From Candidatus Micrarchaeota archaeon (GTDB taxonomy: Archaea > Micrarchaeota > Micrarchaeia > Anstonellales > JAHKLY01): a DNA stretch of 64,000 bases. This document shows positions 49,675 to 59,008 of this stretch, in pieces (the first letter of the stretch is position 1; each line of letters opens with the position of its first letter). Below the pieces are notes generated by a model, which was not told the origin of the DNA, made no database searches, and saw only the letters and a program-made list of their open reading frames with translations. The position numbers and the translations under genes are program-made. The stretch is taken from NCBI GenBank assembly GCA_020854825.1, contig JAHKLY010000001.1:192001-256000 (forward strand). The letters run 5' to 3'.

Positions 49675-49944
49675 ATGTCAATGGAAATAGAAGCAAAAGT
49701 AATAACCAATGCAAAGAAAGATAATATACAAATGGAAAATGGCAAACTTAAAATACGAATAGGTGAACAGCCATTAAAAGGAAAAGCAAATAAAGCAATT
49801 GAGAAATTGATAAAACAAGAAATAGGGTTTACTGTGCAAATTATTTCCGGGACAAAAGATCGCAATAAAGTATTGCAAATAGATTGCAGTGAGCAGGAGT
49901 TAGTGAACAAAATAGGTGATATAAATGGGAAAAACATACATTGA
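49675..49944 (+). CDS. DUF167 family protein
   Basis: P.KGKAN, IISG.K.R.K. Confidence 0.85.
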   Translation: MSMEIEAKVITNAKKDNIQMENGKLKIRIGEQPLKGKANKAIEKLIKQEIGFTVQIISGTKDRNKVLQIDCSEQELVNKIGDINGKNIH

Positions 49945-51175
49945 TACTTTGAAATATGTAGTTTATGCAGATTTAGAAATACGCGGGCTTGTTGAAAAGC
50001 CGGATGTTGTTGGTGCTATTTTTGGTCAAACAGAAGGATTACTTGGTGATGAATTAGATTTAAGAGACCTTCAAAAAAATGGAAGAATTGGAAGAATTGA
50101 AGTAGAATTAAATGCAAAATCAGGTAAGACTACAGGAAACATAAAATTACCATCAAGCTTAGATATGGTTGAAACTTGTATCTTAGCTGCAGCTTTAGAA
50201 ACAGTTGATAGGGTAGGACCATGCGAAGCATTTATTAAAGTTGAAAAAGTTGAAGATACAAGAAATCTTAAAAGAAAAACAATTATTGATAGGGCAAAGA
50301 ATTTACTTAGGAATTTACTCAATACTGAGATTCCTGAAAGTAAAGTTATTTCTGATACAGTTAGAAATGAAGTTAAAACCGCAGAGATAATTGAATATGG
50401 GAAAGACAGATTAGCAGCAGGACCAAATATTGATAAATTTGATTCAATAATTCTTGTAGAAGGCAGAGCAGATGTATTAAATTTATTGAGAAGTGATATA
50501 CCAAATGTTGTTGCTGTTGGTGGCGCAAAAATAAATGACACCATTATAAAATTAGGAAGAGAAAAAGAATTAACTGTATTTTTAGATGGAGACAGAGGAG
50601 GAGACATAATATTAACTCAATTAAAAGAAGTACTTGAGATAGATTTTGTCGCAAGAGCTCCAACTGGGAAAGAAGTAGAAGAATTAACAAGAAAAGAGAT
50701 AATTAAAGCATTAAGAAATAAACTTCCAGTAGAACAAGTAGATGCACACAAACCAAACGATACTAAAATGAATTATGAAAGAACAGAAGAAGAAATTAAA
50801 AAACCTATGCGGTCCTCAACGTCTTCCCAATCAAGGTCTTCAAAGATTACAACAACTCCAGTTAAAAAATTTGAAAAACCAGATTACAGTGATAAACCCC
50901 CAAAGGAATTAGAGGATAGTTTAAAGCATCTTGAAAATACTTTGAAAGCTAAATTCTATGACAAAACATATGCTCAGATAAAAGAATTACCTGTAAGAGA
51001 TGTTATTAAAACATTAGAAAACGAAAAAGAAGTAGAAGCAGTAGTTTTTGATGGGATTGTAACACAAAGATTAGTTGATTTAGCAGAATCTCAAGGAGTT
51101 AAATATTTAATAGGGATAAAAGCAGGAAATATATTTAAAAAACCAGAGAATTTAGTAATAATTACAAAGGATTAG
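49925..51175 (+). CDS. dnaG: Archaeal DnaG (TOPRIM, exosome-associated)
   Basis: DVVGAIFGQTEGLLG, VEGRADV, DGDRGG, FDGIVTQR. Confidence 0.95.
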   Translation: MGKTYIDTLKYVVYADLEIRGLVEKPDVVGAIFGQTEGLLGDELDLRDLQKNGRIGRIEVELNAKSGKTTGNIKLPSSLDMVETCILAAALETVDRVGPCEAFIKVEKVEDTRNLKRKTIIDRAKNLLRNLLNTEIPESKVISDTVRNEVKTAEIIEYGKDRLAAGPNIDKFDSIILVEGRADVLNLLRSDIPNVVAVGGAKINDTIIKLGREKELTVFLDGDRGGDIILTQLKEVLEIDFVARAPTGKEVEELTRKEIIKALRNKLPVEQVDAHKPNDTKMNYERTEEEIKKPMRSSTSSQSRSSKITTTPVKKFEKPDYSDKPPKELEDSLKHLENTLKAKFYDKTYAQIKELPVRDVIKTLENEKEVEAVVFDGIVTQRLVDLAESQGVKYLIGIKAGNIFKKPENLVIITKD

Positions 51176-51221
51176 TTTCCTTTCCTTTTATTTTTTAAAT
51201 ATTCGTATTCTATATTATCAA

Positions 51222-52004
51222 ATGGATTTCTTAACTGCGATAATTCTAGGTATAATTCAAGGAATAACTGAATGGCTACCTATAAGTTCTTCTGCGATGG
51301 TTACTTTAGCTGGAAAATTAATTTTTAATTTTAATTATTCAGAAGCATTAGGTAATGCGATTTGGCTGCATGGGGGTACTTCATTAGCAGCCATAATTTA
51401 TTTTAGAAATGAAATAATCAATCTTTTCAAAAGCATTTATAAAAAAGATAGAAGCAAAGATTTATTGGTTTTTTTAAGTATAACAACACTTTTTAGTTTT
51501 ATAATCGCAGGGATATTAAGTTTATTTTTATTTTCAATTCATATTCCTGAAGTAATTTTTACATTATTTATTGGATTTTTTTTATTAATAATTGCGTTTT
51601 TACATAAAAATAGAAAAGAATCTAAAATAGAAGAAGCACTAACAAAAACAAAAGCAACAGTGGTGGGGGTATTGCAAGGAGTATCAGTTTTACCTGGGAT
51701 AAGTAGATCTGGAGTTACAGTTTCTGTGTTATTAATTCAAAATTTTTCTTTGAAAAGTTCATTTAAATTAAGTTTTTTAATGAGTATCCCTGCAACATTA
51801 GGTGCATCTATTTTTCTTCCATTACTAAAACAAGATTTTGTTATAACTGGGCCTTTAGTTTTAGGAGGAATTGTTGCATTTATAACTGGGTTGTTAACTA
51901 TAAGAATGTTGATGACTTTTGCTGAAAAAGTTAATTTTTATAAAGCAACATTTATTTTAGGTTTAGTTGTTGTATTATTAGGTTTATTTCAATTGTTTTT
52001 CTGA
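51222..52004 (+). CDS. uppP: Undecaprenyl-diphosphate phosphatase (BacA/UppP family)
   Basis: QGITEWLPISSS, PGISRSG.T, SFLMSIP. Confidence 0.9.
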   Translation: MDFLTAIILGIIQGITEWLPISSSAMVTLAGKLIFNFNYSEALGNAIWLHGGTSLAAIIYFRNEIINLFKSIYKKDRSKDLLVFLSITTLFSFIIAGILSLFLFSIHIPEVIFTLFIGFFLLIIAFLHKNRKESKIEEALTKTKATVVGVLQGVSVLPGISRSGVTVSVLLIQNFSLKSSFKLSFLMSIPATLGASIFLPLLKQDFVITGPLVLGGIVAFITGLLTIRMLMTFAEKVNFYKATFILGLVVVLLGLFQLFF

Positions 52005-52045
52005 GTTTCAGAAGCTTTTTAAAGGGTGACTACCTTAATTAATCT

Positions 52046-52504
52046 ATGTTGGTAATCCTTGTTGAGGGTAAAGGACCTAAAATACGTTCAAATAAATCGG
52101 ATATAGTATTCAAATTATTGCGAGCATATTTTGGAAAATCGCTTGAAAAACATAAACTCGAATTAATATTAGAAAAATATAATAAAGGAATGTTAAAATC
52201 TTCTAAAAAATATAAGGTTGATAAATTAATATTAATAGTTAATCCATTAGAATATGCAGAAGATGGTGCAACTTTTGAAATCATATTTGAAGGTAAGATG
52301 AATCTCAAAAAATTACTTGAAGAAGCATTTATTTTACAAGGATTTAGAGACAATATAAAAGATCATTATAAAATGGATAAAATTAAAAAATTAATATTTA
52401 CTACTGAAGTAAGGTTGCATATAGATTCGTTTGATGAAACGAAAATAAAAAAGAGTAGTTTAAGGGATATTAAAGAAGTCGCGATGACATATTATGATAT
52501 TTAA
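52046..52504 (+). CDS. Hypothetical protein
   Basis: ORF with TATA about 25 nt upstream; followed closely by the next gene. Confidence 0.6.
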   Translation: MLVILVEGKGPKIRSNKSDIVFKLLRAYFGKSLEKHKLELILEKYNKGMLKSSKKYKVDKLILIVNPLEYAEDGATFEIIFEGKMNLKKLLEEAFILQGFRDNIKDHYKMDKIKKLIFTTEVRLHIDSFDETKIKKSSLRDIKEVAMTYYDI

Positions 52505-52513
52505 GTGATAAAT

Positions 52514-53041
52514 ATGGCATTTAAAAATGAGATCCAATTTAAACATAAAAGTGATTCATATACATTAACTCAAGTAATTAATATGTTAAACTCATTAGGA
52601 TATACTAGTGATAAGTTATCAAGAGATGAAAAAGCAGGCATAATTTTAGGAGAAGGGATAAAAGAGATGATACAACAATTTAATAGAGATTTTGATATTA
52701 AAGATCAAAGTGGAAATTTAACTGATTTTGTTTTAAGTAAGATTATAGAAGCAGGTAAAATAATTAAAGCACAAAGTCAATTAAAAACTTTAAATTATTT
52801 TAAAGGAGAACCAAATGGGATGTTAGATGAAGAAACAGAATTAGCTATAAATAAATTTAAAGTGGATAATAACATCTCAAAAATTGACGGGAAATTAGAT
52901 AAAGAAACAATAAACTTATTAGATGAAAAAATAGATGTTTTAATGTCTTTAAAAGGGTATGTTCCAGTTAAGATAGATAATTCTGAATTTACTAATTTTT
53001 ATTATGTAGATCAAGATGGGACATTGACTGTTTCAAGATAA
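52514..53041 (+). CDS. Protein with two peptidoglycan-binding (PG_binding_1-like) domains
   Basis: AQSQLKTLNYFKGEPNGMLDEETELAINKFKVDNNISKIDGKLDKETINLL, plus a degenerate first copy (LNSLGY...IQQFNRD). Confidence 0.75.
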   Translation: MAFKNEIQFKHKSDSYTLTQVINMLNSLGYTSDKLSRDEKAGIILGEGIKEMIQQFNRDFDIKDQSGNLTDFVLSKIIEAGKIIKAQSQLKTLNYFKGEPNGMLDEETELAINKFKVDNNISKIDGKLDKETINLLDEKIDVLMSLKGYVPVKIDNSEFTNFYYVDQDGTLTVSR

Positions 53042-53042
53042 A

Positions 53043-53234
53043 TGGGCCCGCCCGGATTGTCAGCTTGCTGGTAAATTTTGTTTCTGCAATTCTTTTGAAC
53101 CGGGGACCTTCTGCATTTTGAACTTTTTTTGGTGCAGCTTTTTAGGATGACCAAAAAAGGTGCGTCAAGCAGACGTCTTAACCATTATCCACTTTCTAAT
53201 ACTTTGATATTAAAAAGTTCTGGACCACGGGCCC
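53043..53234 (-). tRNA. tRNA-Val(GAC) with three introns (15/16: 53185-53219; 37/38: 53116-53162; 59/60: 53057-53093)
   Basis: Spliced 73-nt cloverleaf GGGCCCG TG GTCC AGTGGTTA AGAC G TCTGC TTGACGT GCAGA AGGTC CCCGG TTCAAAT CCGGG CGGGCCC A; BHB or relaxed BHB at each junction. Confidence 0.92.
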
Positions 53235-53276
53235 TTTATAGAAATATTTAAGTTGCATTACCTTTTTAAGAGTTGT

Positions 53277-54671
53277 TTATAATATTTCTCTGCCTGTTTG
53301 GTTCTTTTTAAAAGCAAAATCGCTCATTTCTGTTGAATACCAATTAGAATGTTTGATGCTTAGTTGTTCTTCAATTGTTTTATTTTCTTCTATAGCTTTT
53401 TTAACATGTGTTTTATCTATTAGTTCTGCATCTTCAGAAACTGCAATATCTCCTGCCATTCTAATTATCCCATTAAGTATCCTAAATCTAAGTGAATATC
53501 CATTTTCATTATCAATTTTTTTAGCTAATTCTTTTGATTTTTCAATTATAATTTCTGCTGCGTCTAAATTCATATCTGGTATTTTTCCATCTTTTTTTAT
53601 TTCTTGAGCAATGAATTGAAATAGTTTTTTCTTATTTTCTTCGTTTTCTTCCATAACTGTATCAAAAAGAATTTCATACCCTTGGCCTCGAATTCTGTTT
53701 CTTAATGCAGGAAGAATGTTAGGTAAATCATTAATATTTGCGGATGCAATTAAAATAAAATCACAAGGCACATTTTCCACCTTTATTGATGCTCCTGAAC
53801 TTGTTGGGTTTTTACTTGTAATTGAAAATTTTTTATCCTGCATAGCAGTCAACAAATATCTTTGGATTTCTCCTAAGGATGATAATTCATCTAAATATAA
53901 TACTCCTTCATGTGCTTCATGCACCGCGCCTGGTAGAACTCTTAAATAAGAAGGAGTACCAATTTTTTTATGATTTCCATAGGGATCATGTTGTATATCT
54001 CCTAAAAGTTCAGTTTCGCTTGCTCCAATTGCTTGTACAAACGGATTTCTATCTAATGGAATAAGTGTTTTTTCTTTTAACTTTAATTCTATTTCCTTTA
54101 CTTTTTTTTCTTCTTTTTCCGTCAAGCTTAAAATTCTATTTCCTTCTCTTTTGAATATAATTCTTTCCTCCTTTCCATTTGTTATTCGTGTTGAATCAAT
54201 ACTGTCTTTTCTTGTTGTTTTTAACCCTAGGATGTCATGAGCTAGTTGGTATTTTTGAGCACCACAATATGGACAAACCCATTCTTCTGCGTTACTTAAT
54301 TTTGAACATCTTTTACATTTAAATCCAAGCGCTTCAGATACAAAATAAGGAACATAAATAGGATCAATGTAAGTTCCCACTTTTTCTTTTTTCTTATTTT
54401 TTTTGATTTCTGTTATAGTTTTAATTTTTATTAATGGTTTGTTTTCGTTTTTTTCATTATGTGTAACTACTATCTCTTCTTTTGGTTTTGGTATTAGGTT
54501 AGAAATAGATTGTGCTATCATTGATTTACCTGTTCCGGGGGGGCCAATTAGTAATAAATGTCTTTTTTGCTTTACACAAATTTTTGCATAATTTACAGCT
54601 CTTTCTTGTCCAATAACTGTATCTATTGGATTTTTAGGAATCAAAATATCTTTAGTAGTTTCACAACCCAT
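53277..54671 (-). CDS. LonB-like AAA+ ATPase with Zn finger and no protease domain
   Basis: VIGQE, GPPGTGKS, ELLGDIQHDP, PGAVHEAHEGVLYLDE, LRNRIRGQGYE; CKRC...CPYC insert; ends after the lid. Confidence 0.85.
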   Translation of the reverse strand: MGCETTKDILIPKNPIDTVIGQERAVNYAKICVKQKRHLLLIGPPGTGKSMIAQSISNLIPKPKEEIVVTHNEKNENKPLIKIKTITEIKKNKKKEKVGTYIDPIYVPYFVSEALGFKCKRCSKLSNAEEWVCPYCGAQKYQLAHDILGLKTTRKDSIDSTRITNGKEERIIFKREGNRILSLTEKEEKKVKEIELKLKEKTLIPLDRNPFVQAIGASETELLGDIQHDPYGNHKKIGTPSYLRVLPGAVHEAHEGVLYLDELSSLGEIQRYLLTAMQDKKFSITSKNPTSSGASIKVENVPCDFILIASANINDLPNILPALRNRIRGQGYEILFDTVMEENEENKKKLFQFIAQEIKKDGKIPDMNLDAAEIIIEKSKELAKKIDNENGYSLRFRILNGIIRMAGDIAVSEDAELIDKTHVKKAIEENKTIEEQLSIKHSNWYSTEMSDFAFKKNQTGREIL

Positions 54672-54694
54672 ATTAAAATTACATAAAATAAGCT

Positions 54695-55948
54695 TTAAAC
54701 ACTTTCTCCTATTAAACAACTTTGAGTATAATCAGTAATTTTTATTTTAAGAATTTTACCTATGTTTAAATTTTTAGTTTTAACTGCGATTTGTTTGTAA
54801 TTAATATCTCTGCCTGTCCATGTTTTTTGTTTTTCTGTTATTAAAATTTCACAAATTTTATTTTTTTGTTGTTTGTTTTTTTCTAAAGATATATTACTAA
54901 ATAATTCGCTGGTTTTTTTAGTTCTTTTTTTAATTATATGATTATCCAACTGTTTCATATTTTTAGCAGGAGTTCCTGGTCTAGGAGTAAATCTTGAAAT
55001 ATTTAATACTTCAAATTTAAATTCTTTAATTAAATTTAATGTTTCTTGAAAATCTTTTTCTGTTTCAGTAGGAAAACCGATAATTACATCTGTTGCAATT
55101 GTCATATTGGGAATTTTTTTTTTAAATTTTTTCCATATTTTTTTATATTCCTGAAGGGTATAATATCTATTCATACTCTTTAGTATTTTATTACTCCCAG
55201 ATTGTAAAGGAATGTGTAAAAATTTATACATTTTTTTATTTTTATAAATTTCAATAAGTTCATCTAAAAAAGTATAAACATGATTTGGATTAATCATTCC
55301 TAATCTAATATAATAATCTCCTTTAATCTTTAAAATTTCATTCAATAGTTCAATTAGATTTGTGTTAATATCAATACCATAAGCACCAGTATCTTGTGCT
55401 GTTAATTGAATTTCTTTTGCCCCGTGTTTTACTGCTTTTTCAACTTCTAATTTTATTTTTCTTATTGTATAACTTTTTAATTTTCCTCTTGCTAAATGTG
55501 TTTCACAATATGTACAATTTCCTAAACATCCTTCTGCAAGAGGAACTGATGCAATAATCCCCGAATAAATAGTTGGTAATTCAGATTTATCATATTTTTT
55601 GATATTGGTATATTTTTTTCCTTTTAATGCATTAGTGCATGCAGTATATATTTTAGAAATAGAACTTGTTGATAATATAGGGATATTTGGATATTTTTCT
55701 CTAATTAAAGGTTCTCTTAAATATAAACATCCTGTTAAAACAGCAGGTTTTTTTTCTTTGTATAAATCTTGTATTTTTTTTAAAATTCTATTTTCAGTTT
55801 GATGTTTAACAGTGCAAGAATTAAGTATTATTACGTTTGCATTTTTCTCATTAGTTTCTTTACAATTTTTAGAATTTAGGATTGCTCGCATTTTATTTGA
55901 ATCTGTTTTATTTAACGTACATCCATAAGTGATTATATGATATTTCAT
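54695..55948 (-). CDS. tRNA methylthiotransferase (MtaB/CDKAL1-like radical SAM)
   Basis: TYGC..N..DS, NSCTVK, GCLGNCTYC, QDTGAYG, RLGMINP, LQSGS, GFPTET, TRAM-like end. Confidence 0.92.
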   Translation of the reverse strand: MKYHIITYGCTLNKTDSNKMRAILNSKNCKETNEKNANVIILNSCTVKHQTENRILKKIQDLYKEKKPAVLTGCLYLREPLIREKYPNIPILSTSSISKIYTACTNALKGKKYTNIKKYDKSELPTIYSGIIASVPLAEGCLGNCTYCETHLARGKLKSYTIRKIKLEVEKAVKHGAKEIQLTAQDTGAYGIDINTNLIELLNEILKIKGDYYIRLGMINPNHVYTFLDELIEIYKNKKMYKFLHIPLQSGSNKILKSMNRYYTLQEYKKIWKKFKKKIPNMTIATDVIIGFPTETEKDFQETLNLIKEFKFEVLNISRFTPRPGTPAKNMKQLDNHIIKKRTKKTSELFSNISLEKNKQQKNKICEILITEKQKTWTGRDINYKQIAVKTKNLNIGKILKIKITDYTQSCLIGESV

Positions 55949-55971
55949 AATTAAAATAAGAAACACACAAT

Positions 55972-56394
55972 TTATATTAGTTGGTCAAATTCATGTAGGT
56001 CTGCATTTATTTTAGTAAATAATCTTTCTTTTTCTTCTTTTTCAAAATACCTATCAATTAATCTTCTAATATTAAAATAGATAAAATGTGCTAATGTGTC
56101 TCTTTTTACTTGTATATTTTCAGGCCATAAATTTGAATTTTCTGCAAAACAAGGAAAAACTTCATAAGCTAAATACTCTAATAATTGTTTTTTATATTCT
56201 AATCCTTCTGTTTTTTCTATTATTCTATCAATTTCTTCTAAATTTTCTAAACCTTTAAAACAAAAGTCTTGAATTGTCTTGAATATCTCTTGTTTTTCAG
56301 GATCTCTAGTATTTGTTTTAGAGACAGGAAATTCAATGGTTCTTTTAATTCCCTTTTCTGTTAATTTTACAGGTAATACTTTTGGTGTTGGCAT
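55972..56394 (-). CDS. Hypothetical protein divergent from the GGDEF gene
   Basis: Start at MPTPK with BRE/TATA 22 nt upstream. Confidence 0.6.
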   Translation of the reverse strand: MPTPKVLPVKLTEKGIKRTIEFPVSKTNTRDPEKQEIFKTIQDFCFKGLENLEEIDRIIEKTEGLEYKKQLLEYLAYEVFPCFAENSNLWPENIQVKRDTLAHFIYFNIRRLIDRYFEKEEKERLFTKINADLHEFDQLI

Positions 56395-56482
56395 GTTTAT
56401 TTTGTGTTTTTCTGTCTTTATAAATGTTTTTATTGAATACTCAACAGAAAGGTTTAAAAATGAAAAACACAGCAACTGATAC

Positions 56483-57544
56483 ATGCAAAAAGAAATACTT
56501 TCAACCTTACAAGCTTTAAAAAAAGCTTTAGAAACAAGTCCAGAAGATGTAGTGGTTGAATTATTAGAAATGGTTATAAAAACTACAAATGCAGACACAG
56601 CTAGATTATGGATTGAAGACCCTGAAAAAAGAGATTATGTTAAATGTGTAGCAAGTGTTCCAATTGATTATGAAAAATGGAAAAAAATTAAAGAATTACG
56701 AGTAAGAAAATCTTTAAAAATTGTGAGTGATTCTTTGAAAAATCCAGCAAAGGTTTATGAAAAATTGATCAATGGAAATTCAAAAACAAAAGATAGTTAT
56801 GCTAAAGTAACAGAACAAAAAGGAGTAAATTTAGTATGTGGTATTGAATTAGGAGGAAAACATAATACTGGATTAATAGCAATTGATTTTGGAGAAAAAC
56901 AAGTTTCTAAACAAGAGTTGGTACATGCAAAAGAAGCATTAGAAACTTCAACTACTTTAATTGGTTTATTATTTACAAATGAGAATTGGTTGACGAATTT
57001 AGAAAAATTATCCAAAATGGATGAATTAACAAGAATATATAATGTTAGAGAATATAGAACACAATTAGATAGTGAGATAAATAAAAGAAAAAAAGGAAAA
57101 GATAAAAGTCCATTATTTTTAGCTGAATTTGATATTGATGATTTTAAACAAATAAATGATAATTATGAAAGTCATGTTGTGGGAGATATAGTTTTAGAAA
57201 GATTAGGGAAAAGAATAACAAAATTTATTGATGATAATAATCTTTCTGAATTTATGCATGCATATAGGAGAGGAGGAGACGAATTTGCTATACTAATATG
57301 GGCTAAAAATAGAAATGAATGCAGAGATATTATATCAGAGTTATTTAAAAATTTAACAAGGAATATGAGTATAAAAAGAGAAAAAGAAACATTAACCATT
57401 CCTATAAGTATAAGTATGGGTTGTGGTATGTTTGAAGATAGATATACTTCTCAAGATTTTAAAAATACAATTGATGCACGAGTATATTATGCTAAAAAAA
57501 CAGGTAAAAATAAAATTATAGGTCAAAAAGAACACAATATTTAA
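56483..57544 (+). CDS. GAF-like + GGDEF diguanylate cyclase
   Basis: DELTRIYN, FDIDDFKQIND, HVVGD, RRGGDEF, SISMG, D..VY.AK.TGKN. Confidence 0.92.
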   Translation: MQKEILSTLQALKKALETSPEDVVVELLEMVIKTTNADTARLWIEDPEKRDYVKCVASVPIDYEKWKKIKELRVRKSLKIVSDSLKNPAKVYEKLINGNSKTKDSYAKVTEQKGVNLVCGIELGGKHNTGLIAIDFGEKQVSKQELVHAKEALETSTTLIGLLFTNENWLTNLEKLSKMDELTRIYNVREYRTQLDSEINKRKKGKDKSPLFLAEFDIDDFKQINDNYESHVVGDIVLERLGKRITKFIDDNNLSEFMHAYRRGGDEFAILIWAKNRNECRDIISELFKNLTRNMSIKREKETLTIPISISMGCGMFEDRYTSQDFKNTIDARVYYAKKTGKNKIIGQKEHNI

Positions 57545-58002
57545 TAAGTACGTTTTAATGCTTTCATGACTTTTGTTATTTGTTTAAAAGAGGATTCAAC
57601 TTTTTTGGTATACATTTCTTCAAGTGAAATATTTAATTCATTATTTTCAGGTAAGGACCCGGTTATAAAATAATATTTTCTTTGTTTTGAATCAATTAGA
57701 CCTTTATTTTTTAATTGTAATAAATGATATCTAACTGCTTTTGGATTTGGTTCTTCTTTTTTATTTTTTTCAAGTTCATCTAGTATGTTATGGATATCTG
57801 GATTTTTATTTTTAAAGTGGAAATGCAACAGAACTTCTAATATATCTAACATTAAAGTTCTTGTTTCATTTGGGGAGATTAATCCTAAAGATAATGCTAA
57901 CCATCTAACCATCGCTTTTCTAGTTAGTAAAACATCTTGAGAAATTTTAATATCTCTCAAAACAATTTCATCTTTTATTAATTCTGCTTCTGGAAATCCC
58001 AT
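57541..58002 (-). CDS. Winged-helix domain protein
   Basis: KAVRYHLLQLKNKGLI...YY helix-turn-helix and wing. Confidence 0.7.
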   Translation of the reverse strand: MGFPEAELIKDEIVLRDIKISQDVLLTRKAMVRWLALSLGLISPNETRTLMLDILEVLLHFHFKNKNPDIHNILDELEKNKKEEPNPKAVRYHLLQLKNKGLIDSKQRKYYFITGSLPENNELNISLEEMYTKKVESSFKQITKVMKALKRTY

Positions 58003-58061
58003 AAAAACCAAAAATCTTTTTCCCTTAAGATATTTAAACTTATTGTGAATAATTACAATTA

Positions 58062-58436
58062 ATGACTAATAAATTATTATCAATCAAAGCATCTTTTTTT
58101 CCGATTAGACTTATTGCATATACACAAAATGATGTTGAAATTGAAGTAACAATTCAAAATAATACCGAAGATATTTATTGGACAGAATGTGACGTAGAAC
58201 TTCCAGAGGCTATTTCATTATCAAAAGATAAAAAATTAATAAAAGGAAGAAGCAGAGTAGGAATAGTTGGTCCTGATGCTAGTGTAACAAAGCGCATAAA
58301 GATATATGGTAGAGAAAGTTCTTATCCAGATCTTTATACCATAAAATTAACTGCATATGGTTTTGATCAGGAAGGAAAGATTCAAACCCATTCAAATAAA
58401 AGTGTTAAATTACGATGCGAAAAATTAGATCATTAA
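58062..58436 (+). CDS. Hypothetical Ig-like protein
   Basis: All-beta pattern (V.I.N...G.V.P...K.I.IY...Y.I.L.AY). Confidence 0.6.
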   Translation: MTNKLLSIKASFFPIRLIAYTQNDVEIEVTIQNNTEDIYWTECDVELPEAISLSKDKKLIKGRSRVGIVGPDASVTKRIKIYGRESSYPDLYTIKLTAYGFDQEGKIQTHSNKSVKLRCEKLDH

Positions 58437-58450
58437 AAAGAGGTTGTTAA

Positions 58451-59008
58451 ATGGCAAAGAAAAATAAAAAAGTTTCAAACTCATTCATGATTTTAATATG
58501 TGTTTTCTTTTCAGTCTTCGTATTTTTATCATATTTATCGTTTATTGACAATGTAAAAACAGAAATAGTAGAAAGTGAACTTATTGAAGGATCTAAAGAA
58601 TATACTTGTAATTGTGAAACTTTATCCTTAGGTGCAGCAGTTAATTTTTATTATAATTCTTCTTATTCTGGTCTTGCGTTAACTAATACGTTTTTATTTT
58701 ATATTTTATTTATGGTTTTAGGATATTCCTGCTTTAGAGAAAAATTAGATTATAAAACAACTTTAAAGTATGCAGGTTTAGGAGCAATTATTGCAGTTAT
58801 ATTGATTTCTATATACATGATAAATTTTGAAAATGTTTTGGTAAATATGGAAACATATTATCCAATGAAATATTGTGTTGAACAATGTAATTGGCATTTT
58901 AATGTATTATTAGATGGATATATTGTTCCTATGATTGGCGCAATAATATTGGCATTAATCTGGTCAACATTGGGTTTTGGAATTGCTAAATATAAATCAA
59001 AAATTTAA
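58451..59008 (+). CDS. Hypothetical membrane protein
   Basis: Four TM segments with Cys pairs in the loops. Confidence 0.65.
   Translation: MAKKNKKVSNSFMILICVFFSVFVFLSYLSFIDNVKTEIVESELIEGSKEYTCNCETLSLGAAVNFYYNSSYSGLALTNTFLFYILFMVLGYSCFREKLDYKTTLKYAGLGAIIAVILISIYMINFENVLVNMETYYPMKYCVEQCNWHFNVLLDGYIVPMIGAIILALIWSTLGFGIAKYKSKI

Noticed and set aside
56395-56598. N-terminal 68 aa of the 208-aa ORF
   Set aside because: Overlaps the GGDEF gene and both promoters; the promoter position supports a start at 56394
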